A stretch of 62,023 bases of DNA, taken from a virus. Positions 26,402-35,219 of the stretch are shown one piece after another. The notes under the pieces were generated by a model. That model worked only from the letters and a program-made list of their open reading frames with translations, had not been told where the DNA came from and did not search any database. Position numbers and translations under genes: made by a program. The number at the start of each line of letters is the position of its first letter. The stretch's first letter is position 1. The stretch lies in the IMG/VR virus record IMGVR_UViG_3300001687_001193, one strand, 5' to 3'.

Positions 26402-26926
26402 ATGAGAAATGTACCAGAATTACCAGAGCTTATGGGGGAAAAGAAAGCTGGAGCTATAGAGAAAGTCTTTGAAGCTATCCGCAAAGAGAGAGAATATCAG
26501 AACAGATTGTGGGGAGGAACTCAGGAGGAAGGTATTCATTCCGTTACAGAGTATCTTGTATTTATCCAAGATTATGTACAAGAAGCTTTACATATCTGTA
26601 GTAGAAAAGCGGCTCCATATTGTGATCAAGATGCTCTACATATTATGCGTAAGGTAGCGGCGATGGCCGTCGCGTGCATGGAGCAAAATGGCATAGAGCA
26701 GCGGGATATGGGAGACTTGGACAAATCATGTGAACTTCATAGCGTGAAATGCGAAGAAGTCGATGATAAGAGTATTGAAGAGCTAAAAGACGAGGAACAG
26801 GAAATTTGTGAAGCCCTTGCGCAACCAATCGAACAGGAAGTCAGAAAAACTTTGCTACAGGAATTAAAGGCAGTGCAGCAACAATTGCGAGACCTCCGTA
26901 ATAAGGGAGCGCGATATGGCTACTAA
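26402..26926 (+). CDS. hypothetical acidic helical protein
   Basis: 174-aa ORF; AGGAGAAG RBS. Confidence 0.4.
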   Translation: MRNVPELPELMGEKKAGAIEKVFEAIRKEREYQNRLWGGTQEEGIHSVTEYLVFIQDYVQEALHICSRKAAPYCDQDALHIMRKVAAMAVACMEQNGIEQRDMGDLDKSCELHSVKCEEVDDKSIEELKDEEQEICEALAQPIEQEVRKTLLQELKAVQQQLRDLRNKGARYGY

Positions 26927-27113
26927 TACAGAAAAGCAGGCCTGGATAAACTTAGAATCGCGGTCGGTTATGGGCACTCGCCGAGAATTTTGCGCGCGGG
27001 AAATACGGCGATGCAGATGACTTTGACGAAGCCATAGCAACCATTGATTTTGAGGATGCAATAGGTAATTATATGGCAGATCTTGCGCTTGATTCAGGTG
27101 ACGAAGAAAACTA

Positions 27114-27185
27114 GGCGAGTCCGCGTTTGGGCAAATTCACCTTTGTAGCGGGGGAGAATCGTGGGTTCAATTCCCATGCTCGCCG
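27114..27185 (+). other. tRNA-like element with canonical acceptor and T-arm but no foldable anticodon arm
   Basis: Acceptor GGCGAGT/GCTCGCC, T-arm GTGGG-TTCAATT-CCCAT, total 72 nt; an exhaustive hand search of the 40-nt core found no 5-bp stem with a 7-nt loop. Confidence 0.3.
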
Positions 27186-27190
27186 CTTAT

Positions 27191-27262
27191 GGTGGATATA
27201 GTGTAATGGTAGCATACCTCGCTGTGACCGAGTCGGAAAGGGTTCGAATCCCTTTATCCACC
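27191..27262 (+). tRNA. tRNA-His(GTG) with genome-encoded G-1 and C73
   Basis: G-1 then acceptor GTGGATA/TATCCAC, anticodon loop CTGTGAC, T-arm AAGGG-TTCGAAT-CCCTT, discriminator C. Confidence 0.6.
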
Positions 27263-27331
27263 CGAATCTATTAATAACTTTCTATTGAGATGTTTAGCTG
27301 TCGATTCGACATTCTCAATGCGGAGGTTAAT

Positions 27332-28012
27332 ATGAAATGGAATAAAGAAGAATTTATTTCTGCAGTGAAAGAGTCAACATCTGGTTTACAAGTAATTAAA
27401 AAATTGGGCCTAAAGTCTCATGGTGGAAACTATAGAACGATCTATAAGTATATAGAAGATTTTAACCTAGATACTACTCATTGGACAATATTTGGTCCAA
27501 ATGGTTTGCAAAAGAAAATACCCTTGAAAGATATTTTAGTGGAAAACAGTTCATACAGTAATCGTTCCGAACTCAAGAAGAGATTAATTAAAAAGGGCTT
27601 TTTAGATTATAAGTGTTATGAGTGCGGAATTATAAACTGGCGGGGTAGAAGATTATCTCTACACCTAGATCACATCAATGGGATGTGTAATGATAATAGA
27701 TTAGAAAATTTGCGGCTTCTCTGCCCCAATTGTCATTCGTTAACCGAAACTTACAGCAAGGGTAGTAAAGGTAGAAAAATCTACAACAAGGGTGTTCTTC
27801 AGAATCGTTGTCTCGATTGTAAAAAACAAATAAATAGACATGCGCGGCGTTGTAAAAAATGTGCTGGACATAATTGTGCCACTACTAAAATAGACTGGCC
27901 ACCTGTGGAACAACTGATTGAGATGGTTAAAAAATCTTCTTTCTCTGCTGTCGGACGAGAATTAGGTGTATCAGATAATGCCATAAGGAAAAGAATAAAG
28001 AATCATGGATAA
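27332..28012 (+). CDS. HNH homing endonuclease with C-terminal HTH
   Basis: GCGGAGG RBS; LHLDHINGMCNDNRLENLRLLCPNCH HNH motif; C-terminal GVSDNAIRKRIKNHG. Confidence 0.7.
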   Translation: MKWNKEEFISAVKESTSGLQVIKKLGLKSHGGNYRTIYKYIEDFNLDTTHWTIFGPNGLQKKIPLKDILVENSSYSNRSELKKRLIKKGFLDYKCYECGIINWRGRRLSLHLDHINGMCNDNRLENLRLLCPNCHSLTETYSKGSKGRKIYNKGVLQNRCLDCKKQINRHARRCKKCAGHNCATTKIDWPPVEQLIEMVKKSSFSAVGRELGVSDNAIRKRIKNHG

Positions 28013-28217
28013 ATATAATGTCTGGGAAAAGGCCGCAGATCTCTGGGAGAAAGAAGACCTCCCAGAGTTTGAAGTGAAAGGGTACTTGGACGGCAAAAAT
28101 AAGACTTGGACTGTACCAGAAGTCTTGAAACTGGCCGCACAGAGAATAAGAAAGATGAAGAAAGAGACCACTAAAGAACACTTAGAAAACTTAAGAGAGA
28201 AACAACTCAAGCACTAA
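28005..28217 (+). CDS. hypothetical protein
   Basis: 70-aa Lys/Glu-rich ORF. Confidence 0.3.
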   Translation: MDKYNVWEKAADLWEKEDLPEFEVKGYLDGKNKTWTVPEVLKLAAQRIRKMKKETTKEHLENLREKQLKH

Positions 28218-28356
28218 AAGAGTTGCGCGACGGAGATTTTGCCGATGATTGGAAAAATCCAGCAACTATAAAGAGAAGACTAAATAAAGAAATTAAAGAG
28301 TTGGAAAACTCTTGATATAGAGCTTGTTCAATTTTAAGAACAGGATGGAGGATACG

Positions 28357-29559
28357 ATGGCTGAGAAATTCGTAAGAGACAAGCCCCATGTCAATGTGGG
28401 GACGATTGGTCATATTGACCATGGAAAAACTACCCTGACAGCTGCCATCACGAAAGTTTTGGCACTGGAAGGTGGTGCCAAGTTTACATCGTTTGACGAG
28501 ATCGACAAGGCACCAGAAGAGAAAGAGCGTGGCATTACGATTGCTACGGCACATGTTGAGTATACGACAGAGAAAAGGCACTACGCACATGTTGACTGCC
28601 CAGGACACGCCGACTATATTAAGAATATGATTACAGGAGCGGCCCAGATGGACGGAGCAATTCTGGTTGTAAGTGCTCCAGATGGTCCAATGCCGCAGAC
28701 AAGAGAACACATCCTGTTGGCAAGACAGGTAGATGTACCAGCAATGGTAGTTTTCCTCAATAAAGTAGATATGGTAGACGAGGAAGACGTAGAGTTGATA
28801 GATTTGGTGGAATTAGAATTACAGGAGCTACTTACCAAGTATCAGTTTCCTGGGGAAGAAATTCCGATTATACGCGGATCTGCTTTACAGGCATTGGAAT
28901 CTAATAGCGACGACCTTGGTGCCCCTGAGTATCAGTGCATTAGGGAATTGGTGCGGGCGGTTGACGATTATATCCCAGAGCCAGAGCGAGATACAGACAA
29001 GGATTTTCTCCTTCCTGTCGAGAACGTATATACCATCGGTGGTAGAGGGACGGTCGTTACCGGAAAGGTAGAGCGTGGCAAGATCAAGGTGAACGATCCT
29101 GTAGAAATAGTGGGGATTAGAGAAACCAATCGCACTGTATGTACCGGTGTACAAATGTTCTATAAGGATATGGATGAAGGAATAGCGGGCGATAGTATCG
29201 GTGCTCTGCTGCGTGGAGTAAAAAGAGACGAGGTAGAGAGAGGAATGGTGTTGGCCGCTCCGGGCTCTATAACGCCTCATAGGAAATTTAAGGCAGAAGT
29301 TTACGTCTTGAGGAAAGAAGAAGGCGGGAGACACACTCCGTTCTTCAGCGGTTACAGGCCACAGTTCTATTGCAGGACCACTGATGTGATGGGTGAGATC
29401 AAACTCGACGAAGGCATCGAGATGGTAATGCCAGGCGACAATGTTAATGTCAACGTAGAACTGCACGTACCTATAGCCGCAGAAAAAGGATTGCATTTTG
29501 CGGTGAGAGAAGGAGGTAAAACCGTAGGTGCAGGAATGGTAACGGAGATTATCGAATGA
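28357..29559 (+). CDS. tuf: translation elongation factor Tu (EF-Tu) homolog
   Basis: GGAGGA RBS 4 nt before ATG at 28357. [32 protein letters not shown] is near-identical to bacterial EF-Tu, including the G1-G4 GTPase motifs (DCPGH, NKVD) and the C-terminal beta-barrel domains. Confidence 0.9.
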   Translation: MAEKFVRDKPHVNVGTIGHIDHGKTTLTAAITKVLALEGGAKFTSFDEIDKAPEEKERGITIATAHVEYTTEKRHYAHVDCPGHADYIKNMITGAAQMDGAILVVSAPDGPMPQTREHILLARQVDVPAMVVFLNKVDMVDEEDVELIDLVELELQELLTKYQFPGEEIPIIRGSALQALESNSDDLGAPEYQCIRELVRAVDDYIPEPERDTDKDFLLPVENVYTIGGRGTVVTGKVERGKIKVNDPVEIVGIRETNRTVCTGVQMFYKDMDEGIAGDSIGALLRGVKRDEVERGMVLAAPGSITPHRKFKAEVYVLRKEEGGRHTPFFSGYRPQFYCRTTDVMGEIKLDEGIEMVMPGDNVNVNVELHVPIAAEKGLHFAVREGGKTVGAGMVTEIIE

Positions 29560-29640
29560 TAACAACAGGCAGGACTCTATGGGGAAGGTCAACGCGATGA
29601 ACATCGCGCATCTCCCATTTTCATAGCATTCTTGCCTTTT

Positions 29641-29725
29641 GGGCGATTAGCTCAGCTGGAAGAGCGCCAGTCTTACAAACTGGAGGCCGAATAGGTACAC
29701 GCAGGTTCAAATCCTGCATCGCCCA
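29641..29725 (+). tRNA. tRNA-Val(TAC)-like with a 17-nt variable-region insertion
   Basis: The body matches bacterial tRNA-Val(UAC): GGGCGATTAGCTCAGCTGGAAGAGCGCCAGTCTTACAAACTGG, then 17 nt AGGCCGAATAGGTACAC, then T-arm GCAGG-TTCAAAT-CCTGC and acceptor. Confidence 0.5.
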
Positions 29726-29890
29726 CAGACTCCCGGCCAGGAGTTTAGACGACTGCTAGGAATATTTATTACTAACTCTTACAATCTGGTAGATGCCCCT
29801 CCCAAGGGACAGGTGCGAACGGCAGAATTGATCACCTGCTTATGAGCACGAAGTCAGATCGGTTGTCGTTTTTATGGCTGGGCAGATTAT

Positions 29891-29963
29891 GGGGCTGTAG
29901 CTCAACTGGGAGAGCGCGGGCTTTGCAAGCCTGAGGTCGTCGGTTCGACTCCGACCAGCTCCA
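29891..29963 (+). tRNA. tRNA-Ala(TGC)
   Basis: Acceptor GGGGCTG/CAGCTCC with G3:U70, anticodon loop TTTGCAA, T-arm GTCGG-TTCGACT-CCGAC. Confidence 0.65.
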
Positions 29964-29966
29964 TAT

Positions 29967-30039
29967 GGGGTCATAGCTCAACTGGGAGAGCATTTGGCTG
30001 GCAGCCAAAAGGTTGGGGGTTCGAGCCCCCCTGACTCCA
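29967..30039 (+). tRNA. tRNA-Ala(GGC)
   Basis: Acceptor GGGGTCA/TGACTCC with G3:U70, anticodon stem TTTGG/CCAAA, loop CTGGCAG, T-arm GGGGG-TTCGAGC-CCCCC. Confidence 0.65.
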
Positions 30040-30075
30040 CTAAACGTCTAAGATCACTAGCGTAAGGAGGCCGAC

Positions 30076-30381
30076 ATGATTCCAAAGGTGGGAGACAGGG
30101 TGTATCTGAACAGCGAATTTGTCTCTGTATACTTAAAAACTCGCGGCGACTATTGGGTCAAGCCATTTATAGGTAAAGAGCTTGAAGTTGTACGCACTTC
30201 TTCTAACGTTGACATGCATGGACATAAGATAAACCCGATATTTGCACATCATTCTGTAAGATTTAAGATAGTTGGGACATCATTAAATGATCCTGTGACG
30301 CAATGCAATGTTGGCGTGGATTTGGGAGGCAGACAACACGGCATCTGCCATCCAGTTTTCGAAGTGATAAACTCAAATTAG
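30076..30381 (+). CDS. hypothetical protein (MIPKxGD paralog)
   Basis: AAGGAGG RBS; MIPKVGDRVYLNSEFV is paralogous to ORF 20940. Confidence 0.45.
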   Translation: MIPKVGDRVYLNSEFVSVYLKTRGDYWVKPFIGKELEVVRTSSNVDMHGHKINPIFAHHSVRFKIVGTSLNDPVTQCNVGVDLGGRQHGICHPVFEVINSN

Positions 30382-30489
30382 GATGTGTGGTATGCGAAAA
30401 ATTAGGAAAATTCTACTCTGCATATATGCAGTTGTACTGGCGTCAGCATCTATAAAGTATTAGCATTTCGTATTAAATAGGGGAATAAG

Positions 30490-30840
30490 ATGAAATTAAG
30501 ATCAGGATTCGTATCCAATAGCAGCACTTCTAGCTTCGTACTGGTTACTAGCGTCGAAAATCATGAGAGGATTTTACAGCAGTGTACAGAATACGAGAAA
30601 GATGTCATAAAAGCTATGACAATGACTAGGGAGCACAAGTTATTTGGCCGAGATATCGTATTTATGGAAGAATATAGCAGTAGTAGTTGGTGGACACTTG
30701 CCGAACTACCGTTCAATGAGAAATGGGAAGAGTTTGAAGACGAAAACCCACACGCTAGATCAGAGGCTTGGGACAAATACATAAGCCTAATAGGTGAGTC
30801 GCCAGATGAAGAAGTTTTTACCATAACTGTAGAAGGTTAA
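30490..30840 (+). CDS. small acidic protein with N-terminal GFVSNSSTSSF tag (SNSS-tag family member 2)
   Basis: Shared N-terminal motif; acidic C-terminus. Confidence 0.5.
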   Translation: MKLRSGFVSNSSTSSFVLVTSVENHERILQQCTEYEKDVIKAMTMTREHKLFGRDIVFMEEYSSSSWWTLAELPFNEKWEEFEDENPHARSEAWDKYISLIGESPDEEVFTITVEG

Positions 30841-31338
30841 ATGAAAGAACTTGACGTAGTATATGCAGAGCCCCGGAAGAGTCTTATATATGTCTCACCG
30901 GACACTCCCTCTGTTTTTCTTGCTGGTCCAACTCCTAGGAGTCCACATATCCCTTCATGGCGCCCGCTTGTCCTGCACCGTTTGTCGCAAATGGAGTTCG
31001 AGGGGTTAATATTTGTCCCAGAGACTCGCGAAGGCGGCGTACTTATGGAATACGAAGAACAGATCGAATGGGAAGAAACGTATTTAACGGATGCCAGTTG
31101 TATAATGTTTTGGATTCCTAGAGATTTAACACATTTGCCTGGGTTTACGACAAACATAGAGTTTGGTAGGTGGTATAACAGCAATAAAATTGTCGTAGGG
31201 TGGCTGCCTGGCAGCCCAAAGATGAGATATATAGAATATTATACAAGAAAGCTCAAGATACCTACGGCAGACACGCTTAATGAGACTGTAGAGCTAGCCG
31301 TAGAAATGGCTAATGAATACGTCAAAAGGGTAATCTAA
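30841..31338 (+). CDS. nucleoside 2-deoxyribosyltransferase-like protein (putative)
   Basis: VFLAGP...W...E pattern is reminiscent of the YFAGP/E core of deoxyribosyltransferase/Rcl-fold proteins; weak. Confidence 0.3.
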   Translation: MKELDVVYAEPRKSLIYVSPDTPSVFLAGPTPRSPHIPSWRPLVLHRLSQMEFEGLIFVPETREGGVLMEYEEQIEWEETYLTDASCIMFWIPRDLTHLPGFTTNIEFGRWYNSNKIVVGWLPGSPKMRYIEYYTRKLKIPTADTLNETVELAVEMANEYVKRVI

Positions 31339-31345
31339 GGAGTTA

Positions 31346-31573
31346 GTGATGACAGGTAAAAAGATGTTCGTAGACAATACGTGGACAGATGCGGCTCTTA
31401 CAATAGAGCGGGATGCTATATCCAAACTTAAGCCCATAATGGAGGTGTGGCTCGAATTAGGCTACGAACCACATGAAATTTCGCATATTTTTATGATTGC
31501 TGCGCAACAGGTTGAGCTTGAAGCTCGCATGAATTTGCGCATGAAGAAAAAAGAGGCTAATGATGCCCGATGA
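31346..31573 (+). CDS. hypothetical protein
   Basis: 75-aa ORF. Confidence 0.3.
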   Translation: MMTGKKMFVDNTWTDAALTIERDAISKLKPIMEVWLELGYEPHEISHIFMIAAQQVELEARMNLRMKKKEANDAR

Positions 31574-31865
31574 AAAACAGACATACGTCGGTGGATCTGG
31601 GAAAGTAAAAATTAAGAAATGGGAATTCATTGGCGTTTTGCCGCTTGGCATTACTTTGCTTCGCGGTTTGGTGTACGGGCACCCTAGATTTGAAGATGGA
31701 GAAGAAATCGTGACGTCTCCGATCGTTGAAATGGATTTGCTGTCACGTTCGGCGAAAACATACTCTGGTAGCCATTACCATTTGGAAGATCCTAATCCAG
31801 AATGGATTAAATGGTTAGAAGATAACAACCATACGGAATATTTAAATCAACTATTCCCCAACTAA
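31560..31865 (+). CDS. hypothetical protein
   Basis: 101-aa ORF. Confidence 0.3.
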   Translation: MMPDEKQTYVGGSGKVKIKKWEFIGVLPLGITLLRGLVYGHPRFEDGEEIVTSPIVEMDLLSRSAKTYSGSHYHLEDPNPEWIKWLEDNNHTEYLNQLFPN

Positions 31866-31878
31866 AGAGGGCAGAACC

Positions 31879-32673
31879 ATGTCTAAGGAAAAAACTGTCA
31901 GAGGAACATACGAATGGGCCTCATATAATGCAAATTGTGCTGTTGGATGTTCACATAACTGTGCCTACTGCTATGCTAGGACAAAAATCATACGCATGGG
32001 TAAAAGAACTCCAGATACGTGGAAAGACGAGTCATTAAATACCAAAGCGTTCACTAAAAAACTGGCTAAACGCAAGGGTACTACTATGTTTCCTACCCTG
32101 CACGATATTACGCCTTCCAATCTACACGGATGTGCTATATATTTAGAAAGATTGCTGTCGGCAGGGAATAAAGTATTAATAGTATCCAAGCCACACTACG
32201 AATGTATTGTGTTCTTATGCAACGCGTTTGAGATTTATAAAGAACAAATCTTATTTAGATTCACCATTGGCTCAGCAAACGATCATGTCCTGTGCCTTTG
32301 GGAGCCGGGCGCGCCAAGCTATTCGGAGAGAATTAATTCATTGGCGCACGCGTACAACTCTGGCTATCAAACCAGCGTTTCCTGCGAGCCGATGCTGGAC
32401 GACAACATACACAAAGTAATCGCGGATGCTGCGCCATTTGTATCGGATGCCATATGGCTGGGGAAGGCAAACAAGCTGATAGAAAGGCTGACGGTCAATG
32501 GGGCCTCCGATGACATCCTTAAGCATGCAATGAATCTTATACAAACTCAAAGTGACGATAAGATAAAGAAGTTGTATGAGAAATATAAAGGAAATAAGCA
32601 AATAAAGTGGAAGGAAAGCATTAAGGAGATAGTCGGGCTGGAAATCCCGACAAAGAAGGGATTGGACGTTTAA
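31879..32673 (+). CDS. phage Gp37/Gp68-family (DUF5131, radical-SAM-like) protein
   Basis: YEWASYNANCAVGCSHNCAYCYA parallels the family signature EW...WNP..GC...S.GC..CYA with a CxxxCxxC cluster. Confidence 0.45.
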   Translation: MSKEKTVRGTYEWASYNANCAVGCSHNCAYCYARTKIIRMGKRTPDTWKDESLNTKAFTKKLAKRKGTTMFPTLHDITPSNLHGCAIYLERLLSAGNKVLIVSKPHYECIVFLCNAFEIYKEQILFRFTIGSANDHVLCLWEPGAPSYSERINSLAHAYNSGYQTSVSCEPMLDDNIHKVIADAAPFVSDAIWLGKANKLIERLTVNGASDDILKHAMNLIQTQSDDKIKKLYEKYKGNKQIKWKESIKEIVGLEIPTKKGLDV

Positions 32674-32705
32674 TAAGGAGCCGAATTGAAGGAGAACAAA
32701 ACACC

Positions 32706-33023
32706 ATGAATGATTCTTACTGTCCGGATTGCGGCGGATATCTGTATTGGCACGCATCGGATTGTCCCAGCGCGGCCGATGTTCGGCATGTACTCGAGGG
32801 GATAATAAGGAAATATCGCGAGCGCGTTGCCGCCCTTGAAAAAGAAAACGAAGACCTTCGGAATTATCGCGATTGTTGTGACTGCGTTAATCATATTGAG
32901 CGTATTGCACGTCTTAAGATCCTTTTAACGGCAACAATTGGATATGTGGAACAATGCGGTGCGTTTGGCCTAGCAAATGAAATTCGCAATGTGTTTGCTG
33001 AGCTAACAGCATACGATTTATAA
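32706..33023 (+). CDS. hypothetical protein (CPDCGGYLYWH family, AT-normal copy)
   Basis: N-terminal MNDSYCPDCGGYLYWHASDCP is paralogous to ORF 40447. Confidence 0.45.
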   Translation: MNDSYCPDCGGYLYWHASDCPSAADVRHVLEGIIRKYRERVAALEKENEDLRNYRDCCDCVNHIERIARLKILLTATIGYVEQCGAFGLANEIRNVFAELTAYDL

Positions 33024-33040
33024 GCACTAGCGCAGTCGAA

Positions 33041-33247
33041 GTGGGGTTAAGATATATGACAGAACATAAAAAACCGCCGGTGTTGTATGTCAATATGCCG
33101 GATGAAATAAGAAGACGAGTTTATAATCATGAAGTATTATTGTCTTTTGGACGCGATGACGACGCCGTGATGTTTATATATTGGTGGAATCAGCGCGGCA
33201 AGAGGCTTTTCGATGAGTGGCGCGAATGCAATTTCGAAGAATTTTAA
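33041..33247 (+). CDS. hypothetical protein
   Basis: 68-aa ORF. Confidence 0.3.
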   Translation: MGLRYMTEHKKPPVLYVNMPDEIRRRVYNHEVLLSFGRDDDAVMFIYWWNQRGKRLFDEWRECNFEEF

Positions 33248-33259
33248 TATCAGAGTAGA

Positions 33260-33343
33260 AGGAGAGTACTGCTGAATGGTCGGCAACACGGCCCGAACCC
33301 GTGGGCGGTCTTCATGGCTGGGCGTTCGATTCGTCTACTCTCC
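33260..33343 (+). tRNA. tRNA-Ser(CGA)
   Basis: Class II fold: acceptor GGAGAGT/ACTCTCC, 3-bp D stem, anticodon stem CACGG/CCGTG, loop CCCGAAC, 16-nt variable arm, T-arm GGGCG-TTCGATT-CGTCT, G73. Confidence 0.55.
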
Positions 33344-33347
33344 GCTA

Positions 33348-33432
33348 TGGTAGGGCAAGCCGATGGGCGACGGCAGCTGGTTTGAACCCAGTCGAGCGTA
33401 ACTGCCTTGGGGGTTCGATTCCCTCCCCTACC
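33348..33432 (+). tRNA. tRNA-Ser(TGA)
   Basis: Class II fold: acceptor GGTAGGG/CCCTACC, anticodon stem GCTGG/CCAGT, loop TTTGAAC, 16-nt variable arm, T-arm GGGGG-TTCGATT-CCCTC, G73. Confidence 0.55.
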
Positions 33433-33493
33433 GCGAAGGGAGGGATCCCTTATATTTCGATTACTCTAACTGTCAGCAACAAGGAGGATAACT

Positions 33494-33682
33494 ATGGCTC
33501 AGATCACTTTTGCATACGAACCTATGGCTCAGATTGATTTTACGTGGGGTCTTAAAGAAAAATTAGACCGGGACCAAAGCATTATGAGAGATATTGGTGA
33601 AAATTACGTCGATTACGTAGACAGAGATACTGGTGAAATTATTGTTCGAGTGCCCAGATCGTCGTGGGAAAGGATAAAATAA
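33494..33682 (+). CDS. hypothetical protein
   Basis: AAGGAGGA RBS. Confidence 0.4.
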   Translation: MAQITFAYEPMAQIDFTWGLKEKLDRDQSIMRDIGENYVDYVDRDTGEIIVRVPRSSWERIK

Positions 33683-33683
33683 G

Positions 33684-34031
33684 ATGTGTTACGATGACTT
33701 AGGAAATATAGCAAGTGAATTGGATAATCTTAAATACACAGTAGAAGATTTAGAAACGGCGGTATACAACATACAGGAATTAGTAGGCGACGCATGCTGG
33801 TTTTTTCTGGTGGGCATAAAAGGTACTAGGAGGCACCACATAGCGATATTTGACGATGCTTTTAAACTTAGAGAATTTTTGTTTAGTTGTCAGCTTGCAA
33901 AACAGCCTAACTTGCACACCATAGCATACAAAAAGAAATCTCCAGTATACGGATTCGACAAATTGATAGTCGAACGCAGCTATGCGCCGCCCGACATTCC
34001 TTATAACCCAACTATTGAGGATTTTAGATGA
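33684..34031 (+). CDS. hypothetical protein
   Basis: 115-aa ORF; its 3' end lies in the 158-bp repeat. Confidence 0.4.
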   Translation: MCYDDLGNIASELDNLKYTVEDLETAVYNIQELVGDACWFFLVGIKGTRRHHIAIFDDAFKLREFLFSCQLAKQPNLHTIAYKKKSPVYGFDKLIVERSYAPPDIPYNPTIEDFR

Positions 34032-34040
34032 ATTTTAAAA
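33883..34040 (+). repeat. 158-bp direct repeat, copy 1 (about 96 percent identical to 34981-35138)
   Basis: Aligned by eye; about 6 mismatches. Confidence 0.7.
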
Positions 34041-34354
34041 CACATAACGACAAGGCAATTAACGCTGTTGGGACTAGTTATCAAGGTCGCGTTATAATAA
34101 ACTATTTCGCGCTTAAGAGGTTATTCGGCAAGCCACACGACGGTGATCAGTATAAAGCGGACGCGGAATGGGAGATAGAGTTTGAAGACGGCGTTGTAGC
34201 TACTATATATAATTATAAAAATGGTATTAGCTATTTAGGTAGAACGCACGGCATCCCAAAATCGAGGATTGTTGAATGGCACGTTGGAGGCCATACCAGG
34301 GAAGCATTTGAGAGGGTGAACGCGATAATTGCAGCGAACATGGGTGGGCTATAA
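34028..34354 (+). CDS. hypothetical protein
   Basis: 108-aa ORF. Confidence 0.4.
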   Translation: MNFKTHNDKAINAVGTSYQGRVIINYFALKRLFGKPHDGDQYKADAEWEIEFEDGVVATIYNYKNGISYLGRTHGIPKSRIVEWHVGGHTREAFERVNAIIAANMGGL

Positions 34355-34536
34355 TGAGCGCGATAATCTGGCTGATCGTGGCTGTAATAATAGCAACAAG
34401 ATTATTTATTTGGCCGCGCGTCAAATATATTAGTGGACCAAGCAATACTGTGCTCAAAACGCGCGGTAACAGGATAGTTAAAGTAATTCCATATCGAGAA
34501 GCAATAATAAAAAAGAAACACATAGGGTGGTTTTAA
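34354..34536 (+). CDS. small single-pass membrane protein
   Basis: N-terminal TM helix, then basic residues. Confidence 0.4.
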   Translation: MSAIIWLIVAVIIATRLFIWPRVKYISGPSNTVLKTRGNRIVKVIPYREAIIKKKHIGWF

Positions 34537-34549
34537 CCGGGAAAATAAA

Positions 34550-34897
34550 ATGAAAAAAATGGCCTTTATAGTAAGCCTCATTATATCTATAATAGTAGGC
34601 ACAATTATAGGACTGTCATTTGCAATAGATATAAGTTTTTCGGGCACATTCGAAACCGGCGCGATCTTCATGCTTTCTAGTGCAATTGTCGGATTCACAA
34701 CGTTCTCTATAATAAATGCCATAATGATCGTAGTGGCGGGAATCTATAGATATTTCACTATCGGTGAGTTTGATCACGACTATGTAGTATATGAAGAATT
34801 TGGTAAGGGTATGTCGTTAGCCTTTGGCACATTATGTCTGCTCATTATCGTTTGCTACACGATTGGACGTTTGATATCTACATTAACGGGAGGGTAA
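34550..34897 (+). CDS. membrane protein (3 predicted TM helices; holin-like size)
   Basis: Three hydrophobic stretches in 115 aa. Confidence 0.4.
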   Translation: MKKMAFIVSLIISIIVGTIIGLSFAIDISFSGTFETGAIFMLSSAIVGFTTFSIINAIMIVVAGIYRYFTIGEFDHDYVVYEEFGKGMSLAFGTLCLLIIVCYTIGRLISTLTGG

Positions 34898-34973
34898 ATA
34901 GGGACGGGTTTCCTAGCTGGCCTGCTAAGCCATGCGCGTCGAGAGGCGTCTAGTTCAAATCTAGTGCCCTCCG
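34889..34973 (+). tRNA. tRNA-Ser(GCT) (probable)
   Basis: Acceptor GGAGGGT/GCCCTCC, anticodon stem (C)TGGC/GCCA(T), loop CTGCTAA, 15-nt variable arm, T-arm TCTAG-TTCAAAT-CTAGT, G73; the D arm is irregular. Confidence 0.4.
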
Positions 34974-34980
34974 CTTTGTG

Positions 34981-35138
34981 TTAGTTGTCAACTTGCAAGA
35001 CAGCCTAACTTGCACACCATAGCATACAAAAAGAAGTCTCCAGTATATGGATTCGACAAATTGATAGTCGAACGCAGCTATGTGCCGCCCGACATTCCTT
35101 ATAACCCAACTATTGAGGATTTTAGATGAATTTTAAAA
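34981..35138 (+). repeat. 158-bp direct repeat, copy 2 (degenerate pseudo-copy of the 3' end of gene 33684-34031 plus the start of 34028)
   Basis: An in-frame stop appears in copy 2. Confidence 0.7.
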
Positions 35139-35219
35139 TCCGTGCCGGCTATGATTCCTGATAGACGGAAAATCTTCGATTCTAGAAGAGCCCCTAACCT
35201 TCATTGGAAAATTAAAATC

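Noticed and set aside
29560-29640. Terminator after EF-Tu (GCGATGAACATCGC hairpin)
   Set aside because: The stem is short with a 2-nt loop and no T-run follows; not convincing.
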